Assembly (NCBI RefSeq): GCF_008065095.1 | Contig: NZ_CP042911.1 | Coordinates: 1,740,001 to 1,772,000, forward strand | DNA length: 32,000 nt | DNA from: Gemmata obscuriglobus | GTDB lineage: Bacteria > Planctomycetota > Planctomycetia > Gemmatales > Gemmataceae | Reading direction: 5' to 3' | Part shown: positions 1 through 8,888 of the stretch, piece by piece | How the letters are laid out: every line of letters starts with the position of its first letter | Position numbering within the stretch: the stretch's first letter is position 1 | Translations under genes and position numbers: made by a program | The notes under the pieces: generated by a model | Databases searched by the model: none | The model's input: only the letters and a program-made list of their open reading frames with translations | Told to the model about the DNA's origin: nothing

Positions 1-77
1 CCGACACGAACGGCTCCAGAATTGGCATCAGCCGAACCCAAAGTTGGGGTGTGCCTCTTGATTCCCAACTCCAATCA

Positions 78-802
<725 letters not shown>

Positions 803-971
803 GAGCGAGGTCCTGTTCTCGGCCCGCCGCGAGGCGCCTCGCGGTCACGATCACATGAATTTGGACGGTGAGAGGGCACGAACGGAGAGTGCGGTGAAAT
901 TCTAACCCACTGTCGGCTGCGGCGGTATCGAAAAATGTTGGGTGGCAGAGGTCAAGACGTCAGGAGTCAGT

Positions 972-1181
972 TCAACCCCAGGTCGGCGGGGCGGTTGGCG
1001 CCGGAGGTGGTGACGGCGGATTCACCGGGTACGGCAGCGCCGGGCCTTCAGGGGCGGTTCCGGGTTGCGCCGGCGCCACGTCCGGCGGGACGCTCGGTAC
1101 CGGGTCACTCGGTCGCGGCTGCGGGTGCGGTCGGGTCGGCACGTCCGGACCGGGTGGGGTCGGTATCGGTGAGGTGCTCAT
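972..1181 (-). CDS. Hypothetical proline-rich mini-protein (69 aa); weak call
   Basis: Internal ATG at 1181 of ORF 972..1232, preceded by aggaaagag. Third positions mostly G/C. The product is about 40 percent Pro, with no signal peptide or recognisable domain. It could be a GC-driven artefact. Confidence 0.3.
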   Translation of the reverse strand: MSTSPIPTPPGPDVPTRPHPQPRPSDPVPSVPPDVAPAQPGTAPEGPALPYPVNPPSPPPAPTAPPTWG

Positions 1182-1372
1182 GTGGCTCTTTCCTGTATGC
1201 GGAGTGCGGGCGATACCCACGACCTGTTGCAACCGTTGTGCCGCGCGACCGCGTCAACCGTACCGCCAACCGCGGGCGGGCCAGGAATTTGCGGGCGCCG
1301 CCCCCCTTGTACCGGTGCCGGTCGCGAGCGAGAATGCTCGGTAACGCATCCGAACCGCCAGGGTGACCCGAT

Positions 1373-1759
1373 ATGCGCGCCCGGTTGGTGTCCGCCGACG
1401 GCGGCCCGTCCATCGATTTGGTCAAGGACATGACGCTCTTCGGCCGGGACGAGGACTGCGACACGCGCCTCGACCACAAGAGCGTCTCGAAGTTGCACTG
1501 CGTCGTCGTGAAGACGGACGGGTTGCTCCTGTTGCGCGACCTCGGCAGCACGAACGGCACCCGGGTGAACGGGCAGCGCGTGCGCCGCGCCGCGCTGCTC
1601 CCGAACGACACGGTCGCGATCGCGAACCTCAAGTACGTGGTCAAGTTCGGCGTGGAACTGGAGAAACTGGAACAACAAGAGGAGCCGCGGCCCAAAAAGG
1701 AGCCGGCGGCGCAACTGCGGCGCAACGCCCTGCCCGACGTGTACCCCGAGCAGAAGTGA
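1373..1759 (+). CDS. FHA (forkhead-associated) domain protein, standalone, with a charged C-terminal tail
   Basis: Canonical FHA signature: LFGRDEDCD..L....VSKLHC.V......LLLRDLGSTNGTRVNGQRV....L..ND.V.IANL.Y. Confidence 0.9.
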   Translation: MRARLVSADGGPSIDLVKDMTLFGRDEDCDTRLDHKSVSKLHCVVVKTDGLLLLRDLGSTNGTRVNGQRVRRAALLPNDTVAIANLKYVVKFGVELEKLEQQEEPRPKKEPAAQLRRNALPDVYPEQK

Positions 1760-1872
1760 CCGTAAGGGCCGAAACCGGGTCCCACTGGTCGGGGCCGTCA
1801 ACGGCGGAGAGAATACGGTGTTATCGCCGGTAGCGGTGTCCCGCCCTCTCAACCCACAGGAGACCCTGAGCC

Positions 1873-2718
1873 ATGACGGTCATGATCGCGATCGCCCTGT
1901 TGACAGCCCTCGCGCCCCAGCCGACGGCGCAGCCGGCCGGTGAACTGAAGCTCGCCAACGTGCGCACCACCGTCGGCGAACTCGGGCCGACCCGCGAGGT
2001 GTCCAAGATCCTCCCCGGCGACGTGCTGTTCATCGCGTACGACATCGAGGGCATCACCATCGACGGCGAGGGGCTCGCGCGTTACACGATGGCGATGGAG
2101 GTGGTGAACGCGGCCGGCGCCCGCATCCTCCCGCCGCCGAGCGAGCCGAAGGTCGAGCCCCGCGAGCTGACCGAGTTCGTGCCCCTGCGCGGCAACAAGC
2201 TGCCCGCCCGGGCGTTCGTCACCGTCGGCCTCGACCAGCCGGCCGGCGAGTACACCTGCAAGCTGTCCGTCACCGACTCGAAGACCAAAGCGACCGGCAG
2301 CATGAACCTGAAGTTCGAGGTGACGAAGAAGGACTTCGGGGTGGTGGCGGTGTACACCACGCACGACCAGCGCGGCGAGCTGTCCGCCCCGACCAGCGGG
2401 CAGGTGGGGCAGACGGTCTACGTGCAGTTCAGCGTCGCCAGCTTCGAGCGCGACCCCAAGACCAAGCAGCCGGACGTCGAGGTCGTGTGCCAGCTCCTCG
2501 ACGACAAGGGCGCCCCGCTGCTGACCACCCCGCGGAAGCACATTCAGGACGCCAAGGCCCCGCAACCGGTGAAGGACGCCGACGGGGCGTTCGCGCTCCA
2601 GTTCCCGGTGTTCATGAACCGCCCGGGCAAGTTCACCGTCGAGATCACCGCGACCGATCGCGTGTCGAAGAAGGCTTCGACCTACAAGTTGCCGGTGACG
2701 GTGAGCCCGGCGAACTGA
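1873..2718 (+). CDS. Secreted hypothetical protein with an internal duplication (two beta-sandwich-like modules)
   Basis: Signal-like N-terminus MTVMIAIALLTALAPQPTAQPAG, with AGGAG about 10 nt upstream of the ATG. The two halves share a pattern: GDVLFIAYDIEG...GEYTCKLSVTDSKTKATGSMNLKFEV versus GQTVYVQFSVASF...GKFTVEITATDRVSKKASTYKLPVTV. Confidence 0.8.
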   Translation: MTVMIAIALLTALAPQPTAQPAGELKLANVRTTVGELGPTREVSKILPGDVLFIAYDIEGITIDGEGLARYTMAMEVVNAAGARILPPPSEPKVEPRELTEFVPLRGNKLPARAFVTVGLDQPAGEYTCKLSVTDSKTKATGSMNLKFEVTKKDFGVVAVYTTHDQRGELSAPTSGQVGQTVYVQFSVASFERDPKTKQPDVEVVCQLLDDKGAPLLTTPRKHIQDAKAPQPVKDADGAFALQFPVFMNRPGKFTVEITATDRVSKKASTYKLPVTVSPAN

Positions 2719-2734
2719 GCTTCCGGGTAAAGAA

Positions 2735-2789
2735 CCGAATGCCGTAAGCCGGGAGCGCCCTGGAACCGTTCCCGACTTACGACATTCGG
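2735..2789 (+). terminator. Long imperfect hairpin downstream of the 1873..2718 gene; possible intrinsic terminator (no U-tract)
   Basis: 5' arm ccgaatgccgtaag (2735-2748) pairs with 3' arm cttacgacattcgg (2776-2789), 13 of 14 bp. An inner cggga/tcccg stem sits in the loop. It starts 17 nt after the stop codon. Confidence 0.35.
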
Positions 2790-2862
2790 CCTTCCGGTAA
2801 TCGACCGAAGCGAGCGGCGGCGCGTACAATGCCCTCATCTCGTTTCACCCGCAGGCTCCCCG

Positions 2863-3489
2863 ATGAACAACCTCGCCGACCAGATCGCGCGCTTCCGGAA
2901 CATGGCTCAGGAGGACCCCGAGAACGACCTGGCCCACTACCGCCTCGGGCAGTTCCTTCTCGAAGACGGGCAGGCCGAGGAAGCGGCGAAGTGCTTCCGG
3001 CGCACGCTCGAAATCACCCCGGAATTTTCCACGGCGTTCAAGTTCCTCGGCGAGAGCCTGTTGAAGCTCGACCGCAAGGACGAGGCGATCGAGGTGTTCA
3101 CCAAGGGCTGGTCCGTGGCCGACGACCGCGGCGACCGCGTGCCCCGCGACGCGATGGCCAAGCACCTCGAGCAGCTCGGCGCCCCGGTTCCGAAGAAGCA
3201 GGCGGCGGCCCCGGCGGACGACGACGGGCCGGGCACGGGGTTCCGGTGCGAGCGGCCCGGGTGCATGGAGGGCAAGCGCGCCCGCCAGCTCGACAAGCCG
3301 CCCGTGCCCGACGCGATCGGGCTGCGCATCCACCAGGAGATCTGCTCCGCGTGCTGGACGCTGTGGCTCAAGGACCTCAGCGTCAAGGTGGTGAACGAGC
3401 TCCGCCTGGACCTCAGCTCCGAGGGCGGGCAGGGCGAGTACGACAAGAACATGCGCGAGTTCTTCGGCTTCGAGCAGGACGCCAAGTGA
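2863..3489 (+). CDS. TPR-repeat protein fused to a C-terminal YggX-like Fe(2+)-trafficking domain
   Basis: The N-terminal half has TPR-like repeats (AHYRLGQFLLEDGQAEEAAKCFRRTLEITPEFSTAFKFLGESLLKLDRKDEAIEVF). The C-terminal part, FRCERPGC...GLRIHQEICSACWTLWLKDLSVKVVNELRLDLSS...YDKNMREFFGF, aligns by eye with E. coli YggX (IFCTF...[33 protein letters not shown]...LEQEMVNFLF). Confidence 0.8.
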   Translation: MNNLADQIARFRNMAQEDPENDLAHYRLGQFLLEDGQAEEAAKCFRRTLEITPEFSTAFKFLGESLLKLDRKDEAIEVFTKGWSVADDRGDRVPRDAMAKHLEQLGAPVPKKQAAAPADDDGPGTGFRCERPGCMEGKRARQLDKPPVPDAIGLRIHQEICSACWTLWLKDLSVKVVNELRLDLSSEGGQGEYDKNMREFFGFEQDAK

Positions 3490-4148
3490 CTTCCACCCTG
3501 GTTCAGTTCGGTAAGTCGGGGTTCGTCGGCCGGTTCACGGCCGACGAGCCCGCCGCGCGCGGCACGCGCGTGGTCGTACACTCGCCGCGCGGGGTCGAGT
3601 GCGGGCTGGTGCTGTGTGCGCCCGGCGAGCCGTTCTCCCCGGCGCTCCCCGTCGAAGGTCAACTCCTCCGGACCGCCACGCCCGATGACGACGCCCGCAC
3701 CGCAGGGTTCGCCGCGCGCGAGGGCGAGTTGCTCGGCGCGGCGAACGAGGCGGCCGCAAGCCGCGCGTTGCCCGTCACGTTCGTGGACGCGGAGCTCACA
3801 CTCGACGACCACCTGATTCTCCACGGGCTCGCCTGGGGCACTTGCGACGCCACGCCCCTGTTCGAAGACCTCTCCGCACGGTTCGGGCTCGCCGTGCGGC
3901 TCCTCGACCTGTCCCGCGCGCCGGTCGCGAACGACCCGAAAGAAACCGCCGGCGGGTGCGGCAAGCCGGGGTGCGGGTCCGGCGGCGGCGGGTGCTCGTC
4001 GTGCGGCACCGGGGGCGAAAAAAGCGGGTGCTCAACCGGCTCCTGCTCGCGCGGCAAGGTCAAGTCGGCCGACGAGCTGTCCGCGTACTTCGCCGACCTC
4101 CGCAAGCAGATGGAATCGGCCACGCACACACGCACGCCGCTGGTGTAA
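3486..4148 (+). CDS. PSP1/RicT(YaaT)-like protein with a Cys/Gly-rich C-terminal tail
   Basis: GTG start at 3486 overlaps the upstream TGA (GTGA). VVVHSPRGVECGLVL and LPVTFVDAELTLDDHLILHGLAWGTCDATPLFEDLSARFGLAVRLLDL resemble B. subtilis YaaT (VIVETVRGVEYGQVV; MKLVDVEFTFDRNKVIFYFTADGRVDFRELVKDLASIFKTRIELRQI). The tail GGCGKPGCGSGGGGCSSCGTGGEKSGCSTGSCS has 8 Cys. The upstream part of ORF 2829..4148 lies in a different frame over the TPR-YggX gene and is rejected. Confidence 0.7.
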   Translation: MTSTLVQFGKSGFVGRFTADEPAARGTRVVVHSPRGVECGLVLCAPGEPFSPALPVEGQLLRTATPDDDARTAGFAAREGELLGAANEAAASRALPVTFVDAELTLDDHLILHGLAWGTCDATPLFEDLSARFGLAVRLLDLSRAPVANDPKETAGGCGKPGCGSGGGGCSSCGTGGEKSGCSTGSCSRGKVKSADELSAYFADLRKQMESATHTRTPLV

Positions 4149-4166
4149 AGCTGGCGGATGTCGGTC

Positions 4167-5309
4167 TTATTTCGGCTTCCCGTCTGCACCCCACGGGTCG
4201 ATTAACCGGAGTTGCTTTGCCGCAAGTGCAGCGTAGCAGTCGGGCAGGTCAAACGACCGCAGCACGCCGGGCACGAAGCACGACAGCGGCCACACGTATT
4301 GTTCCGCACGCGCAACATCGGAGTAGCTCGCGAGCGCGTTCTTCAACGTCACCCGCGTGACCAGTCCCGAAAGCAGCGCGGCGAACGTCGCCGGGATCGC
4401 TCCCCACCCCTTCGCGACGAGGTGAACCTCCTTGTGGCCGACGGTCTTGAGCCACTCGAGAACACGAAGTACGTCAAACGTTTTTTGTCCGACATAGGGC
4501 CGGTCCAGCATGACGCCATGAGCGGCGTAGAAGTAGTCGCTGCCGTAAGCGGTGAGGAACTGGTTCGTCCCGCCACAGGTGTCCGGCCGCGACTCGCCCA
4601 CCCCACGCACGTCGCACGCGTAGAAAACCGTTTTCGGTTCCGCTTTCACCAGCTCCGTGAGCAGCGGTTCGTCACGCAGTTCCGCGTCCGCGGAGTGGTG
4701 CGAAACGTACACGGTCGCGCCGCCGGTGTTCTTCGGTGGGCGAGAAAGGTGCTGTTGGTCGTCGAGCCGGTACACCACCGCGACCGCCGGCTTCTCCGTT
4801 TCGAGGGCGTAAGCGGTCGCGAACGGTTTCGGATACTTGCGGCCCGTAACCGGGCGCAGGATGCGGTAGTCCGGCGCGCTGTCGGAAGTGGGTAGGTCGA
4901 GTGCGTCACGCACCCGCTTCGCGAGCGCCCCCGGCTTTACGCGCCGCGCGTCTTCGAGTTGCCGCGCCGTTGCAGCGGTAAACGAGAACACCGTGCGGGA
5001 ATTCAACTCGCTCACTTGCCCCTTCGGGGCCGCATACAGATCCTCTTCTTTCTCGATGACCAGCTTCGGTTCGGTCTTCACGTCAGACACACCGGTCACC
5101 GTGTTGAACCACTGGTACATGGCTTCACGGTTCTCGATGCTGTACCCGTGCCCGGTCGGCCCGACGTGCAATTTCACGTTCTCTTCCGCGCCGAGCAGTT
5201 TGTACAGGCGCCGAAGTCTCCCGAACGCCTCTTCCGCACCGCGGACATCAAAGTAGTCCTTCTCCTTCGCGAGTATCACAACGGGTTTGGGAGCCATGCA
5301 CCAGGCCAT
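4167..5309 (-). pseudogene. C-terminal fragment of an IS-disrupted two-domain alpha/beta hydrolase
   Basis: The native sequence begins at CMAPKPVVILAKEKDYFD...GPTGHGY, which carries the Asp and His of the triad. A second alpha/beta-like module follows with a degenerate nucleophile elbow (HLVAKGWGA). The ATG at 5309 and the first residues (MAW) are encoded by the IS terminal repeat, not by the original gene. Confidence 0.85.
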
Positions 5310-5317
5310 TCACGGTG
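5291..5317. repeat. Left IS junction: 11-bp target-site duplication (5291-5301, gagccatgcac) plus 16-bp terminal inverted repeat (5302-5317, caggccattcacggtg)
   Basis: Read directly. The reverse complement of 5302-5317 equals 6786-6801, and 5291-5301 is identical to 6802-6812. Confidence 0.9.
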
Positions 5318-6801
5318 GGCTACTCTTGTTTACGTGCCTTAATTTTTGTCCGGCTGCTCTTCCGTTCGTCTTCGAGTAACCGGGCGGTCGAGACATGCGG
5401 GCTATTGTCGTTGATGCGCGGGGGCTTCTGTTTCGTCGGTTTACGAGGCGGTGCCTTCTGGACCTTCTTCAGGTTGATCTTCGCGGCCCAGTCCCGAAGC
5501 TGCGGGGCCAGTTGGTCGGCCGAGAGGGTACCGAACACGACCCACTCGGCCGGAGGGAGGGCGATCATCATGCCCGGGTACACGGTGGCCCATTCCAAGG
5601 CCACGTAGTACCCGGATACATCCTTCTGCACCGTGTCCGCTCCGTGTACCGCTCGCATTGCGGCCTTGAGCACCGCGAGCACGTTGTACCCCACCACCGC
5701 CACCGCGAACCCGAACAGGGCCGCCTTCGGATACCCGAGCGTGTTCACCTCGCACCGCAGCGCCACGGTCAGCTCGTGGAACGCGCCTTCGATGGCCCAC
5801 CGCCCCCGATACACGACGGCCACCACCACCGCGTCCGCCTCGTCCTCCGGCAGGTTGGTCAGGATCTCGATCTCCGCGTCCCCGTCTCCGGTCGGATGAT
5901 CCAACCGCACGCGCACGCACCGTACCCGCAGCACCGGCTCACCGCCCACGCACACCCACACCGGTCGCTCGCTCACCCACCCGGTCGCGGTGCGCACGTC
6001 CGGGGTCCATTCCCCGGCCGGGTCGAGTGTGGTGTTCCCGTGTCGGCGGATCGCGAAGAACGCGCCCCGCTGATCGATCCGGGACACGAACTCGGCGGTG
6101 CAGAAGTTCCGATCCGCGACCCACACCTGGTCCGGTTGCACCAGCGGCACCACCTGATCCAAAAGAGCCCGCTCCTGGGTGTGACCGTCCTCGCATGGGA
6201 TCAGGTCCGTGATCCGCATCTGGGCCGGATCCAGAACCGCAAGGACCAGCCCCGGGAGCGGTCCGGCGGTGCGCCCGCGGGTCACCCGGAGCCGCTTCTG
6301 GGTGGCCCCCAAGTGATTCCCGTCCAGAACCCGAACGGCCCGGCCGGACAGCACCGGCGAGCGCTCCCCACCCAACTGCTGGATCAGCTCGTGGCACCGA
6401 TCCGCCACGTGCCGCACCAACGCGGCCGACACCGCCGGCTCAAGATGTTGCAGCTTCTCGTACACCGACTTCAGGGACACCGGGATCCGGTCCGCCATCT
6501 GCTGATACGCCGATTGCACATGGTGCGCCTTACCGCACACCACCGCGCTCATCAGCTCCACCACCGTGGAGAACAACAGCTCCCGAGTGTACCCGCGCTC
6601 CGCCACCCGTGCGAACAACGCATCCAGAGCCGAAGCCGACAGCGCGTGTTCGATCGTGGCACGGGACATGACGCTTAATGGGCTCTCGTTCATGAATCGC
6701 TCGAACACGGCGCCAAGAATCATGAGCCCGTCCGTCCGTAGAGCACACTAATCGTTCCCTGGAAACACCTTACAATTACGGACGGCACCGTGAATGGCCT
6801 G
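5302..6801 (-). mobile_element. IS4-family insertion sequence, 1500 bp, single transposase gene
   Basis: Perfect 16-bp terminal inverted repeats flanked by an 11-bp direct duplication. The transposase stop lies 3 nt inside the left repeat. Removing the element and one duplication copy restores an in-frame hydrolase gene (..DFLACMAPKPVVIL..). Confidence 0.9.
5320..6723 (-). CDS. IS4-family DDE transposase (467 aa)
   Basis: DDE-type motifs: VRVLDGNH, VWVADRNF, and the Y-x2-R-x3-E signature YRGRWAIEGAFHELT typical of IS4/Tn5-like transposases. Basic C-terminal tail. Confidence 0.9.
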   Translation of the reverse strand: MILGAVFERFMNESPLSVMSRATIEHALSASALDALFARVAERGYTRELLFSTVVELMSAVVCGKAHHVQSAYQQMADRIPVSLKSVYEKLQHLEPAVSAALVRHVADRCHELIQQLGGERSPVLSGRAVRVLDGNHLGATQKRLRVTRGRTAGPLPGLVLAVLDPAQMRITDLIPCEDGHTQERALLDQVVPLVQPDQVWVADRNFCTAEFVSRIDQRGAFFAIRRHGNTTLDPAGEWTPDVRTATGWVSERPVWVCVGGEPVLRVRCVRVRLDHPTGDGDAEIEILTNLPEDEADAVVVAVVYRGRWAIEGAFHELTVALRCEVNTLGYPKAALFGFAVAVVGYNVLAVLKAAMRAVHGADTVQKDVSGYYVALEWATVYPGMMIALPPAEWVVFGTLSADQLAPQLRDWAAKINLKKVQKAPPRKPTKQKPPRINDNSPHVSTARLLEDERKSSRTKIKARKQE

Positions 6802-7759
6802 GAGCCATGCACGCGAGGAAATCTGCGTGGTCCAACCCGAGCGCGAGGGCGTGCGGCGGGCACTGCTCGGTGTCCGCGGGCAACTCGTTTTCGAGGTTGC
6901 GGCGGAACGTCGTCACGAAGCACGCCGGTGCGGCCATCGTCCACTGCGGTTCCAACCCGCACAGCCACGTGCTCATCGTCCCGCCGCCGCTGTTGCCGGT
7001 GATCCCAACGTGCCTTGTATCGACCTCCGGTCGCGACAGGAGGTAATCGAGCGCGCGAATGCCGTCCCAGGCGCGCCAGCTCCCGAAGAACTCGCCGACG
7101 AGGAACTGCTGGTTCCCGGCGAGCAGGTGCTCACCGACCCCGACTCCGGGGCGATCGGGCTTCTCAACGTGCGGGTACTGCGACCGCTCGCCCTGCCCAA
7201 TGGGGTCGAAGATGAGCACGACGTACCCCATCCGCGCCAGCCCCTGGCTGAACGACTGGTACGCGGGTTCCGCTTTCCCGTTGTGCGAGTGCCCGCACGA
7301 GCCGACGACGCCCGGGAGCTTCTTGCCCTGTTTCGCGGCATGCGGAACGTACAGGTTGGCCGTCACATGGAAGCCGGGGCGGCTCTCGAAGGTCACCTTT
7401 TCAACCGTGTAAGCATCTCGTTCGAGTTTACCGGTGACACGCGCGTTGAGCGGCGTCTTCTCCGGGAACGGACCGAAGCACTTGGCGACCTTGGCCCGTA
7501 CGCCGCGAACGAAGGCTTTCGCGTCGGCTTTCGTTGCGAGCTTCGCGCGGGTCTCGTTACCCCGCGACTCGGCGGCCCGCACCTGTTCGACGTACCAGTC
7601 CTGCACGGTCCGCGGAAAGCGGTTGAGCGGCCCGAGTGGCGTCGTCGGTTGTTTCTCCCGCGTAAGGGCGGGACACCCGTCGCACGCGAGTGCGAGAGGC
7701 ATCGCCCCCGTGGTTCTCAAGAAGTGCCGGCGGGAGACGAACGTGAGGGGGTGCGGCAT
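6776..7759 (-). pseudogene. N-terminal fragment of the IS-disrupted alpha/beta hydrolase (Tat signal, nucleophile elbow)
   Basis: ATG at 7759 with GGGAG upstream. Twin-arginine signal SRRHFLRTTGAMPLALA and nucleophile motif GITGNSGGG. The native sequence ends at 6802, and the reading frame then runs 8 codons into the IS (GHSRCRP*). The upstream extension of ORF 6776..8056 has no coding character. Confidence 0.85.
6786..6812. repeat. Right IS junction: 16-bp terminal inverted repeat (6786-6801, caccgtgaatggcctg) plus 11-bp target-site duplication (6802-6812, gagccatgcac)
   Basis: Read directly; partner of 5291-5317. Confidence 0.9.
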
Positions 7760-8078
7760 GGCAGGCTCCCGTGATGTTGACGATGAACCTATCCGACCGC
7801 CGCGCGTATCGCAATGGAGCCGTGAGCCCACGGACCGACGAGTGGGATCAACCGATCGAGAAATGGAGCGGTCGGCGCACGGCGACCTCTTAGTCCCGGA
7901 GCAACCCGGCGTGCTGGGCCGATACACCTGAGCAGCTTTGGAATAACGGTAGTTGAACGTCCGGCGGGCGGCGAGCCGTCGGCACGTCGAGCCAATCGCC
8001 CACAATTTGCGCAACGAGCCCAACGAACGACGGGGGCGGCTCTTGATCACCCGCACAATTTGAAAGGCGCGGATTCAC

Positions 8079-8855
8079 TTAACGGAAAAGTTCGCTGTAC
8101 CAGGAGCGCGCGCGCGGGGCGGGAGCGGGAACCTTCACCGGTAGCCCCTGAAGAATCGCGGCCCCCCAAATGCCCGCGCGGTCCGCAGCCGCGCGGCCGG
8201 CACACCGAGCCAGCGCCTCGTACCCCGCCCGGAGGTGCGGCCGACGGCGGGTCATCCGGTGGCCGTCGGAACCGAGCAGGTGGATGACGCCGCGCTTCGC
8301 CCAGTCCCGCAGAGCGCGCCCGACCGTGCCCGATGGCGGCTCGGCCAGCGCGCCCGCGGTCACCTGGATCAGGCACCCCGCGGCCGCGAGGTCGTCGACC
8401 GTTTCGGGATCGTGGAGCAGTTCGGGGTAGCGCTCGGCGTGAGCCACGACGAGCCGCACCCCGGAGCGGCGGAGCGCCCCCGCGAGCGGACGCACGTCCA
8501 CGAACCCGCTCGGCGGCATCTCGACCAGCAGAAACTGCCCGTGGTCGCCGATGCTCAGCAGCCGCCCGGCGCGGAAATCCGCTTCCAGGTCCGGGGTCAG
8601 CGCCACCTCGCCGGTCGGATGCACCGCGAGCGGAACCCCGTTGGCCTTGAGCTGGCTGGCCAGATGGGTCGCCGCGAGCCGGAGTTTCGTAGTCGTGTTT
8701 TCGGGGTAGGATTCGTTCTGATGCGCGAGCGCCGTGACGTGTGTGGCGCCCTCCTCCGCGAGGAGCCGGCACATCGCCAGCGCCTCGGAGGTGTCGGTCG
8801 GGCCGTCGTCGAGGCCGGCCAGCAGGTGAACGTGCGTGTCGACGAGCAAGGTCAT
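8079..8855 (-). CDS. PHP-domain protein-tyrosine phosphatase, CpsB/YwqE family
   Basis: N-terminal DTHVHLLAGLDDGP metal-binding motif, AHQNESYP, VVAHAERY and LLGSDGH. This is the characteristic His/Asp pattern of CpsB/CapC/YwqE phosphatases. It lies 33 nt downstream of the kinase gene. Confidence 0.9.
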   Translation of the reverse strand: MTLLVDTHVHLLAGLDDGPTDTSEALAMCRLLAEEGATHVTALAHQNESYPENTTTKLRLAATHLASQLKANGVPLAVHPTGEVALTPDLEADFRAGRLLSIGDHGQFLLVEMPPSGFVDVRPLAGALRRSGVRLVVAHAERYPELLHDPETVDDLAAAGCLIQVTAGALAEPPSGTVGRALRDWAKRGVIHLLGSDGHRMTRRRPHLRAGYEALARCAGRAAADRAGIWGAAILQGLPVKVPAPAPRARSWYSELFR

Positions 8856-8888
8856 GTGGAACCTCGGTCGGGGACCTCGGGACTCGCT

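Noticed and set aside
1826-1838. GCCGGTAGCGGTG, which resembles the E. coli RfaH ops element GGCGGTAGnnTG.
   Set aside because: It is an imperfect match (one substitution and one extra base). It is about 10 kb from the NusG-like gene and lies upstream of an unrelated secreted-protein gene. No similar motif is present in the 11792..12342 leader. Most likely chance.
2829-3485. Upstream part of ORF 2829..4148, which gives a 439-aa product.
   Set aside because: It overlaps the TPR-YggX gene in a different frame and translates to Arg/Pro-rich low-complexity sequence. RicT-like similarity starts exactly at the GTG at 3486.
7760-8078. Small ORFs in the spacer between the phosphatase and hydrolase genes, for example 7890..8078(-) at 62 aa.
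   Set aside because: No ribosome-binding site, no codon bias and no recognisable motif. The region is better explained as promoter and terminator space.
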